Origin: a virus | Taxonomy: Duplodnaviria; Caudoviricetes | Virus record (IMG/VR): IMGVR_UViG_3300035164_000339 | Span: 1-50,650 of that record | Strand: one strand, 5' to 3' | Length of the DNA stretch: 50,650 nt | Part shown: positions 20,085 through 27,510 of the stretch, piece by piece | Layout of the letters: each line of letters begins with the position of its first letter | How positions within the stretch are numbered: the first letter of the stretch is position 1 | Program-made: the position numbers and the translations under genes | The notes under the pieces: model-generated | Told to the model about the DNA's origin: nothing | Seen by the model: only the letters and a program-made list of their open reading frames with translations | Database searches by the model: none

Positions 20085-21953
20085 TTACCAATTAGAGATA
20101 AAATTAGGCTTTTTAGCCGATTTAGTTTGATTTAATCTTATCTTAGCCTCCTTTAGAGGCTTTTTCTCTTCAAATCTCTTAGCAAATTGATCATATATAG
20201 TTTTTCTGTCATATTTTTGCAATAATCTTTGAAAACTAGCGTATGCATAGACCATTTCATCTAATGCTTCGTTAGCTTGGTTCTTTTTCTTAACCCAAAC
20301 ACGTTCTTGATACCCATTTTTGTGTTTTAATATTTGTCTTTCTGCTGTTAATTCTTCAAAGTAAGCCTGAGTTGTTGTTGGATAAAAATGTATATATCCA
20401 TGACCTACTTCTGCATCTTTTAGCTTGTTATGTAACGTAGTTTTGATAATATCAACACCAACTGGATATAAACCTAGTCCTCTCTTAAGAACTTTACCTC
20501 GAAAGTTAATATCTACCCTAGAAATCTTTCCTAATGGTGGTTTGCCCTTAATACCAATACCTTTTATACCTATCAAACCTAATTGTTCTCTTTCTCTAAC
20601 GTACTGATAAGTTTCTTGAGTGTAATGACCACCAGTATCGATAGCTGCTGTATCTATTTTTAATTCTTTACCATCTTCATTTTTATATTTACTTTGCAAG
20701 ACCTCATCAAGCTGCGCCCAGAGATCCGCTCTGGCTGGTGAGCCATATATAACTTTTCTATCAATAAGATACATTTCTTCATTACGACCAAAACCTATAA
20801 CTGACATACTTAATCTGTCATCCTGTACGTCAATACCTAACGTAAGTATTAGAACTTCCCTTGGTGGTATGCCTTCTTTGTATGTTTCTTCTGCTGCACG
20901 TTTTGATAATCCTTCTGCACTAGCTTTTGTATGATATTCATCTTCGTACACTTCTCCACAAGTTACGTTTACAAAAGTTTTTAGCTGTTCTTGGTCATCC
21001 TTACAAGCAAGAAACTCTTCCATTAAATTTTCCCAGCTTGCATTCGGTGAGTAAGAATATGCAGCCCATATATGAAAACCAACGTGCTTACCGTTAGATG
21101 GTGCAGTAGCTCGCCATTCGCCACGTTCTACCATCCATCTTTTTTTTGTATGAGGAATATGATGATTACATTTTTCGCATTTGTATATTGTTGTACTTGG
21201 ATCATTTTCAAAACACTCAAAATTTGCCCATCTTAGATACTGCATATGATTGCATTTTGGGCATGGTACATAATATCGCCGTTGATCCGTTTGATTAAAT
21301 AATTTTTCTATGCGACTAAAGTCTTTAACCGTTGGCGTTGACCCTGCAACTATTTTTCTGTTTGCAAAAAATTCTGTACGCTTTATTCCAAGCTTTATTT
21401 GATCACCTTCAGTTCCGGCAGAGGCTGGATAGCCATCTGTCTCATCAAACAGCACTATACGTCTAGATACTCTTCTAAATCCTCTAGGTGAGTTAGCACC
21501 TACAAGAGTTAAATTACCACCGGGAAATAATTTCTGTAAAAGTGTATTTTGACCATCTTTTGCTTTTGCGTCACTTACTAATCCTTGTAAACATTTTGTA
21601 TCACGAAGCATTGGCGCAATCTCTTCTTTTGAGTAACCTGTAGCATCTTCAATAGTTGGTTGTACGATCATTATTGGACAAGGATCGTTGTGAATGTGGT
21701 AAGCAATAATGTGATTAAGAATTTTAGAATATCCAACCCTTGCAGATTTCATAACTGATATTTGTTCAATATTAGGATCAGTAACTGCATCCATAATCCC
21801 TTTTTGATATGGCAATGTGCGCCACCTACCACCCTCTGCTGAACTTTCTACGGAAAGATATGCAAATTGATCGGCCCACGCACTAAGCGTTAATTTTTTA
21901 GGTGGTAAGAATGCTGCGTATGCTTTTTTTTCTAAATCGAAAATACTTGTCAT
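20085..21953 (-). CDS. Terminase large subunit, lambda GpA family
   Basis: KSARVGYS Walker A, LFDETDGYP, GSTPT, YYVPCPKC, GIDVQDDR, IDTGG, NEALD. Confidence 0.95.
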   Translation of the reverse strand: MTSIFDLEKKAYAAFLPPKKLTLSAWADQFAYLSVESSAEGGRWRTLPYQKGIMDAVTDPNIEQISVMKSARVGYSKILNHIIAYHIHNDPCPIMIVQPTIEDATGYSKEEIAPMLRDTKCLQGLVSDAKAKDGQNTLLQKLFPGGNLTLVGANSPRGFRRVSRRIVLFDETDGYPASAGTEGDQIKLGIKRTEFFANRKIVAGSTPTVKDFSRIEKLFNQTDQRRYYVPCPKCNHMQYLRWANFECFENDPSTTIYKCEKCNHHIPHTKKRWMVERGEWRATAPSNGKHVGFHIWAAYSYSPNASWENLMEEFLACKDDQEQLKTFVNVTCGEVYEDEYHTKASAEGLSKRAAEETYKEGIPPREVLILTLGIDVQDDRLSMSVIGFGRNEEMYLIDRKVIYGSPARADLWAQLDEVLQSKYKNEDGKELKIDTAAIDTGGHYTQETYQYVREREQLGLIGIKGIGIKGKPPLGKISRVDINFRGKVLKRGLGLYPVGVDIIKTTLHNKLKDAEVGHGYIHFYPTTTQAYFEELTAERQILKHKNGYQERVWVKKKNQANEALDEMVYAYASFQRLLQKYDRKTIYDQFAKRFEEKKPLKEAKIRLNQTKSAKKPNFISNW

Positions 21954-22591
21954 CCTAGTTGCCAATTATGTAAAAGTTCTAATTGATTAGATGGATACGG
22001 AGTTTCATCTAATACATTTTGAATTTTATTAAGTCTTGCTTTTGAATAAAATGGTTGATTTTTATACCATTCAATCATGTTTTTACTTCTTTTATCTTGA
22101 TTACATGAACGACAAGAAGGTACGATATTCGCCAAACAATGACTGCCATTATTTTTCTTGGGAATAACGTGATCTATTTCTAAACTATTTTGGTGACTTC
22201 TATCTAATATTTCTAATTTAATACCGCAATACGCACATTTATTATTAAATGTATTAACTCTAGCAATAATATTTTTGTGGAAAATTTTTTCTGCATGATT
22301 CAAACTGTCTTTAAATTTTTGTCTTCTACTTGCCTCTCGACTATATATTCTGCCTTCTAAAGTTTGATTCCAATTAATAGCTTTATTTTTATAATAATTT
22401 TTATTTTTTAAATAGTGTTTATGAGTTTGTATTTTTTTACAACAAACACATTTACCATTCTTTCTATCAGTAGGTTTGCATCTAACTGATTTGCCAGTAT
22501 TTCTATATTGATGATTATTACGACAAAGATCACCTAAATAATCGCCATGTTGAAATTCTCTATTATTTAACCAATTTATTATTTCACTCAT
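21950..22591 (-). CDS. HNH endonuclease
   Basis: CAYCG...IDHVIP...GSH...NIVPSCRSCN; N-terminal Cys/His cluster. Confidence 0.9.
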   Translation of the reverse strand: MSEIINWLNNREFQHGDYLGDLCRNNHQYRNTGKSVRCKPTDRKNGKCVCCKKIQTHKHYLKNKNYYKNKAINWNQTLEGRIYSREASRRQKFKDSLNHAEKIFHKNIIARVNTFNNKCAYCGIKLEILDRSHQNSLEIDHVIPKKNNGSHCLANIVPSCRSCNQDKRSKNMIEWYKNQPFYSKARLNKIQNVLDETPYPSNQLELLHNWQLG

Positions 22592-23076
22592 GCAACAGAT
22601 AATTCTTCTAAAGCTTCTCTAACAATGTCGTCAATACAACTAACTGCGCTGTTATCTAAATCAGGCAATCTTTGCTGCGCCTTTGATGCAACACCTAACA
22701 TTTTATTTCTTGTATTAGTAATAATCTTTTGCCAAGTATTGTTTACTTCTTCTACTGGAACAAGACTTTTTTCTTTTTCTTTACGCTCAAGCTCTAATAA
22801 CTCTGCTTTTAAATGCTCTGTTCTAGCCTTACTTTCGCCATACTCTGGATATTCAGTTTCAGATTGTGAAGATTTATATGTTTTATGTTCAATTTTTTTA
22901 ATTAATTTAGGCTCACTTCTTTTAGCCCACTCATCTTTCATCGTATCTGAGTTAATAACAATCTTGCCTTGATTATCTTTAATAGCCGTTAGTCTGCCTT
23001 GTTTTATAGCCATATATACAGCTTGGATAGTAACTCCCATCTCCTCTGCTGCTTGTTTTCTGGTGATTAATGCCAT
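22588..23076 (-). CDS. Terminase small subunit (Nu1-like)
   Basis: N-terminal HTH (RKQAAEEMGVTIQAV), KARTEHLKAEL.ELE...LVP coiled coil; first gene of the packaging operon. Confidence 0.88.
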   Translation of the reverse strand: MALITRKQAAEEMGVTIQAVYMAIKQGRLTAIKDNQGKIVINSDTMKDEWAKRSEPKLIKKIEHKTYKSSQSETEYPEYGESKARTEHLKAELLELERKEKEKSLVPVEEVNNTWQKIITNTRNKMLGVASKAQQRLPDLDNSAVSCIDDIVREALEELSVA

Positions 23077-23082
23077 AGAACT

Positions 23083-23263
23083 GTAAATGTTTTTATTTAC
23101 AATAGCGTAAATGTAAATATATGGTATAATACCGCATTTTTACTAGGGTTTGAGTAAATACCACACATCTAATATAGCGCAAATGTAAATACTGTAAATT
23201 TTTTGTGCCTACATATATTTTGCGATCTGAAAAACATCGCAGCGAGACAAGAAAAAAGAACCT
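23083..23263 (-). other. Candidate cos/packaging site
   Basis: Minus strand AGGTTCT (cf. lambda cosQ GGGTCCT) at 23257-23263, GCGAT/ATCGC inverted repeat at 23222-23240, TAGCGYAAATGTAAATA direct repeats at 23103 and 23175; upstream of TerS. Confidence 0.5.
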
Positions 23264-23649
23264 AATTAATTATACTTAGCAAAAAATGTATAACGCTTAA
23301 ATATTTTTAAGGCCGCTAATAATTTTTATAAAATATTATTTTAGCCGGCATATTTTGCGGCGAATTGTTTATATTTTTATGTGTTATTTTTGCGGCTATT
23401 GTTAACAATTAATGCCGCTAATTATTAGCATATAATTAACAATTAAGGCCGCTATTTTTGGCGCTAAGATATAAACAAATAAATAATATAAAAATATCTT
23501 TATAAGTTGCTAGTTTATGGCCGTTTAAGGCCGTTAAAAATTGTTTTATGGCCTAACATATCTAACAACAAAAAAGGCCGCCTTATAGCGTCATTACGGC
23601 CACTTATAGACATTATTTAATTATATTTATTATTGCTAATAATAGGCAT

Positions 23650-23699
23650 AAAAAAAGCGCTATAAAGCGCAAAAAAAAGGCGGCTAATTATGCCGCCTT
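23650..23699 (-). terminator. Tandem intrinsic terminators
   Basis: GGCGGC/GCCGCC hairpin + T8, then GCGCT/AGCGC hairpin + T7 (minus strand). Confidence 0.8.
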
Positions 23700-23706
23700 A
23701 AATTAT

Positions 23707-23868
23707 TTAATTAATCGGCCGGCGCGTATTACGGCGCTTAATTTCTTTAAGGCATTTTATTATTAGTTGGTTATCATCGCTATTTTTAACGATTGATTTT
23801 AAATAATTAATACTAACTTCTTTTAAATCTTGATTTGTTAGCGGTAAGATTTTAGGGTTAAAAGTCAT
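23707..23868 (-). CDS. Hypothetical protein (53 aa)
   Basis: Read by hand: MTFNPKILPLTNQDLKEVSINYLK...; ends just before the terminators. Confidence 0.6.
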   Translation of the reverse strand: MTFNPKILPLTNQDLKEVSINYLKSIVKNSDDNQLIIKCLKEIKRRNTRRPIN

Positions 23869-23889
23869 AACAAAAAATAAAAATAAGGT

Positions 23890-24936
23890 TTAATAAATTA
23901 ATTCAATAGAGCCGCCGCCGATATGTTGGCGGCCTATCTTATCAGCTACAAAAAAGGCGCTTAAAATGTCGCCGCCGGCGCTTTTTTTTGCTTTAAGAAT
24001 GCCGGCGCATTTTTGCGGATCCGCCGGCCTATAATCCGAGTTATCAAAACTGCGCGCCGGTAGGTCAACGCGGCGGCCGGTATTGTCCGAGATAATAACG
24101 CGGCGCGGTATCCGGTCGGCCTTATCTAAGGTAACCGGAACCGCCAAACGATAGCCGGCATTAATCGCGCTTATTGCATCGGCCGCGCCGGTCGGCCTAT
24201 CGGCTACTAATGACGCGGTAACGTCAACGCCTAACGCCTTTAATCGGTTTAAATAGCTTAACGGCGCTTTACTGTATTCATACCAGATAATTGAATCATT
24301 CTTAAAAATTTCAGATATTACGCGCGGTTTATCTGAATAAATAATATTTAACCCATAGTAAGAATTTATATTATTTATTTCATTAACTGATAAGTTAATT
24401 TTTTTAAAATGTATGTTATTTTCGTCAGTTCCCTTTAATCGAACACTAAGAGCGCCGCCGGCCTTTTTATAGTGATGCGCTATTGAATAAATAAGGCCGC
24501 GCGCGTAGGCGGTCGGCCTATCGATAGCCGCCAAAGTACGGCGGCCGCGCGCATATTGAACCGCCTTAAAAATGTTAGACCGTCCGGAGAATACCAAACA
24601 AGAGCGGCGACAGCCGGCCGAACTATAAGCGCAACCGGTATAGTTTTTTAATTTATTAGTTAAATTAAATTTTTTTGATAATTCCGATAATTCCGCGATG
24701 TATTGGCGGTTTATAGTGTCGGCCGCGTTATCTGAATTAATAACGGCGCTTATCTGCTTATCTGGTAGATGGTGCAGAATGACCGCCGGCGGCATCGCGG
24801 CGCTTAAATTTTTTGATATTTTGGCGTTACTTGTTGCGCCGGTCATTAATCCGCTAATACTTAGCGAATAATCATTAAAAAGCTTTTTAATGTCGTTAGG
24901 CGTATTTAAGCGCCTTTTAATAGAATTAGAGTACAT
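23890..24936 (-). CDS. Gp88-like protein (Cys-cluster, radical-SAM-like)
   Basis: NAKISK, C-x6-C-x3-C (CAYSSAGCRRSC), SGR, VRLKGTDE, YEYSK, DNSDYRPADP match the remembered phage GP88 family pattern. Confidence 0.65.
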   Translation of the reverse strand: MYSNSIKRRLNTPNDIKKLFNDYSLSISGLMTGATSNAKISKNLSAAMPPAVILHHLPDKQISAVINSDNAADTINRQYIAELSELSKKFNLTNKLKNYTGCAYSSAGCRRSCLVFSGRSNIFKAVQYARGRRTLAAIDRPTAYARGLIYSIAHHYKKAGGALSVRLKGTDENNIHFKKINLSVNEINNINSYYGLNIIYSDKPRVISEIFKNDSIIWYEYSKAPLSYLNRLKALGVDVTASLVADRPTGAADAISAINAGYRLAVPVTLDKADRIPRRVIISDNTGRRVDLPARSFDNSDYRPADPQKCAGILKAKKSAGGDILSAFFVADKIGRQHIGGGSIELIY

Positions 24937-24942
24937 AAAAAT

Positions 24943-24964
24943 AAAAAAGGCGCATTTAAGCGCC
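24943..24964 (-). terminator. Hairpin/terminator
   Basis: GGCGC-N6-GCGCC + T6 on the minus strand. Confidence 0.55.
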
Positions 24965-24983
24965 GTTAAGGTGTAATAAAAAA

Positions 24984-25379
24984 TTAAGTTGTTAATTGAT
25001 AAGGTTTATCCCATCGGCCGATATTTATATCTAAAAAGTAGGCCGTATGAAAATAATCGGTCATAATGTCCGACTTATCGAACCATAAAGCGCCTTTCAT
25101 AGCTTTTTTTAGATCCTCATAAAAATTAAAGATATCGATGTTAATATCTTTATATTTTTCATTAGTTGGCCGGTAGGCGTTAGCTTGATAATAACCGCTA
25201 CTTCTTAGACTACTAACGGCGGCGGCCGCGCCTAATAAATCGAGGCGGCCGGCGCTGACGTTAGCACATAACGTCATATGATTCTTAATTGAAATAGTTC
25301 CCTTAAGGCCGTATTTTTTAAAAACCGCCTTAATGGCCGGCGCTAGTGTTTTTTTATCTTCTTGAGAAATAAAAGCCAT
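24984..25379 (-). CDS. Conserved marine phage early protein (DxxTDYF motif, LPD29-like)
   Basis: MAFISQE.KK.LAPAIK..KKYG.KGTI and WFDKSDIMTDYFH...INIGRWDKPY. Confidence 0.65.
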   Translation of the reverse strand: MAFISQEDKKTLAPAIKAVFKKYGLKGTISIKNHMTLCANVSAGRLDLLGAAAAVSSLRSSGYYQANAYRPTNEKYKDINIDIFNFYEDLKKAMKGALWFDKSDIMTDYFHTAYFLDINIGRWDKPYQLTT

Positions 25380-25381
25380 GT

Positions 25382-25573
25382 TTAAAAGTTCCTTTTAATA
25401 AAGTTGATAATTGTTAGATATTCGCCGGTAGTAGGCGCGCCGACCGCGTCAACGTGGCTAAACTCTTTTAAATCGTTAACCTTTTGATATAAAAGATTTA
25501 AAACAGCCATCTTAGAGCGGCTAGACATACGCGGCGCTTTTTTTTGTTGGTTTAATGTGTAACTTAAAGACAT
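25382..25573 (-). CDS. Hypothetical protein
   Basis: 63-aa ORF directly behind a promoter. Confidence 0.6.
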   Translation of the reverse strand: MSLSYTLNQQKKAPRMSSRSKMAVLNLLYQKVNDLKEFSHVDAVGAPTTGEYLTIINFIKRNF

Positions 25574-25604
25574 TTAAAAAATAAATTGTAAAGTGTACTT
25601 ATTA

Positions 25605-25663
25605 ACAATAAAGGCGCGCTTTTTATATGTCGCGCCTATATATGACACTTTTATTATTGGCCG
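25605..25663 (-). promoter_or_regulatory. Sigma70-type early promoter with upstream GCCAAT-N7-GTGTCA element
   Basis: GCGACA-17-TATTGT; upstream GGCCAATAATAAAAGTGTCA. Confidence 0.6.
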
Positions 25664-25686
25664 GGTCGGGGAGTCTATAAGAGCGC

Positions 25687-25710
25687 AAAAAAAAAGCGCT
25701 TATTAAGCGC
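25687..25710 (-). terminator. Intrinsic terminator
   Basis: GCGCTT/AAGCGC hairpin + T9 on the minus strand. Confidence 0.7.
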
Positions 25711-25731
25711 CTTTTATATGTTGTTTAGTGT

Positions 25732-25875
25732 TTAGCTATCTTGTAATACTGTATTAATTGCCTCTATGCGCTCTAATTGGTAGGTGTTTAAAGTGTTAAA
25801 AATGTTTAAACCAGTTGAAGCGATAAGGCCGAAAATGACTGTAAAACAAGCAAGTTTTAAGAAATTAGTTGACAT
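25732..25875 (-). CDS. Small membrane protein (47 aa)
   Basis: Read by hand: MSTNFLKLACFTVIFGLIASTGLNIFNTLNTYQLERIEAINTVLQDS; own promoter and terminator. Confidence 0.65.
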   Translation of the reverse strand: MSTNFLKLACFTVIFGLIASTGLNIFNTLNTYQLERIEAINTVLQDS

Positions 25876-25897
25876 GGTGTAATGTGTAACTATTTAT

Positions 25898-25955
25898 ATA
25901 ATTACATTTTTATTTTTAAATGTCGCGTCTTAGTGGACACTTTTTAACCCGGCAC
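25898..25955 (-). promoter_or_regulatory. Early promoter with GTGCC-N10-GTGTC element
   Basis: GTGCCGGGTTAAAAAGTGTCCAC, then GCGACA-17-AATTAT. Confidence 0.5.
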
Positions 25956-26409
25956 ATATATTAGTTATGCTTTTGAATCCTTCGGCTAGTGTCGGCGGCG
26001 CTTTTTTTAACTCTTTATAAATAGCGGTTAATACATTAAACGGAACCACGCGCGCGCGCTCTTTATTTCGCTTATAAATAACGCTAAATGGATAATTAAA
26101 GTAATAAGCGCTTATATCTGTATATTTAGCGAAATTTTTAATAATCTTAGCGCGGTATTCTTTTTTAAAATGTGTACTATCTAAAATAATATTTTTATCG
26201 GCCTTTATAGCGTCTTTAATGCGATCATATAAGACCGCCTCTATATCTTGCCAATTTCCTTGTATATGTTCCGCGCCGTATAACTCGGCGCGCATTTTAT
26301 CAGTCGATAAAATAACCGCGTTTTGATGTTTGGCGGCTATTTTTGGCGCGGCGGTAGTCTTACCGGACGCGGGCGCGCCTATAAGCATAATAATTTTATT
26401 CATTATCAA
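25930..26409 (-). CDS. P-loop kinase (AAA_33 / polynucleotide kinase-like)
   Basis: GAPASGKT Walker A, STD..R, IILDSTH, RN..R.R.VP, PP...EGF. Confidence 0.85.
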   Translation of the reverse strand: MIMNKIIMLIGAPASGKTTAAPKIAAKHQNAVILSTDKMRAELYGAEHIQGNWQDIEAVLYDRIKDAIKADKNIILDSTHFKKEYRAKIIKNFAKYTDISAYYFNYPFSVIYKRNKERARVVPFNVLTAIYKELKKAPPTLAEGFKSITNICAGLKSVH

Positions 26410-26599
26410 AACTATCTATAAATTGATTTAATTTTTTATAAACTTTTAAAATATCATTATCGGTTAATTTATGGCCGGCTATTATTTCGCCGATTAAATG
26501 CGCGGCTAATTCTTTTAAATTTTTATCGCTAGTATTATTTTTCATAAAAAATAATAAGCTTAAATTTATAAGCGCGTCTTTTTTTGTTTCTTTTTTCAT
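26396..26599 (-). CDS. Hypothetical protein
   Basis: ORF in the minus-strand early operon. Confidence 0.6.
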   Translation of the reverse strand: MKKETKKDALINLSLLFFMKNNTSDKNLKELAAHLIGEIIAGHKLTDNDILKVYKKLNQFIDSFDNE

Positions 26600-26603
26600 T
26601 TGT

Positions 26604-26927
26604 TTAAACCTCACTTTTAAAAACTTGATAAGGCGCGCCGCCTTTTATCGCGTCATATTCGCGAATTGATAAGGCGCTTATATTTGTATGTTGTTGAAAT
26701 TTTGCGAGCGCGCCGGCGTTATATCCAAAAATACTAAAATAAACTTGTTTATCAAAATCAAAATTTATTTTTTTTCTATTAATTATTAATTGGTAGTTAA
26801 TGCCTTTATTTGTTTCTACATTAAATATATAAAAATAATTATCTTGATACTCATTAAAATAATTATCAAGTATTAACCTAAGTTGATTAATTGAGGCGTA
26901 ACAATAGCCGACTTTTTTTAATTCCAT
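26604..26927 (-). CDS. Hypothetical protein
   Basis: 107-aa ORF behind a TATAAT promoter. Confidence 0.65.
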   Translation of the reverse strand: MELKKVGYCYASINQLRLILDNYFNEYQDNYFYIFNVETNKGINYQLIINRKKINFDFDKQVYFSIFGYNAGALAKFQQHTNISALSIREYDAIKGGAPYQVFKSEV

Positions 26928-26965
26928 AGTTTAAAAAAAAGATAATTTTTCATTTTTAATTTTGC

Positions 26966-27020
26966 ATTATATCGGCCTTAATTTCGCGGCATAATATGCC
27001 GCTTTTTTAATTGGCCGGGT
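26966..27020 (-). promoter_or_regulatory. Early promoter
   Basis: TATAAT at 26971-26966; GCGGCATA/TATGCCGC palindrome; CCCGGCCAAT shared with the 25660 promoter. Confidence 0.5.
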
Positions 27021-27163
27021 AGACAATAAAATATATATAAAAAGTAATTTTAGAGCGGCGCATATTTTGCGGCCGGTTAAAAAATATTTTTAATTTTAGA
27101 AATTATCAAAAAATTATTATTTATTTTTTGATGCAAAAAAATATTTTTAAAACCATTATTTAT

Positions 27164-27186
27164 TTATTGAGAATTATTCTCAATAA
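27164..27186. promoter_or_regulatory. Perfect 11-1-11 palindrome, Fur-box-like
   Basis: TTATTGAGAAT-T-ATTCTCAATAA; core TGAGAAT-N-ATTCTCA fits the 7-1-7 Fur consensus. Confidence 0.6.
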
Positions 27187-27360
27187 GCATTAATTGAGTT
27201 TTTAAAAATTCTAAAATTAAATTTTTTAACCATATAACAAAAATTGTATGTAAAATCGCCGAGATCCCTTGCTATGACTACGTTTTTGGCATTTTTTGTG
27301 TGATTTTTTGTGTGTGAGAAAACCCGAAAAAGCCTGTGATACCAAGGGCTTATAACCATT

Positions 27361-27510
27361 ACCTTGCAAGAACAGCACCTTTTTTGACCCTAAACCGAAA
27401 AGTCGCCGTAATTTAGCGCACTATATACCAATACCTTGCAAGAACTGCACCACCTAAACCGATATACCGCAAGAACTTTGTGTGATATAGACCAGACCCT
27501 TGCAAGAACT
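27361..27510 (+). repeat. Cluster of four GCAAGAAC direct repeats
   Basis: Copies at 27366, 27438, 27469, 27502; three are CCTTGCAAGAAC; TAAACCGA occurs twice between them. Confidence 0.9.

Noticed and set aside
294-22972. Plus-strand ORFs opposite structural genes (e.g. 5604..6011, 11106..11606, 15899..16408, 22625..22972)
   Set aside because: Antisense shadows of well-supported minus-strand genes, with no RBS or motifs
23265-27250. Simple high-GC foreign island
   Set aside because: Overall GC is not high (about 28% in the flank) and AT-rich codons stay A/T-ending; the signal is S/W clustering
27361-27510. CRISPR mini-array
   Set aside because: Repeats are only 8-18 bp with irregular spacing (72, 31, 33 bp) and there are no cas genes
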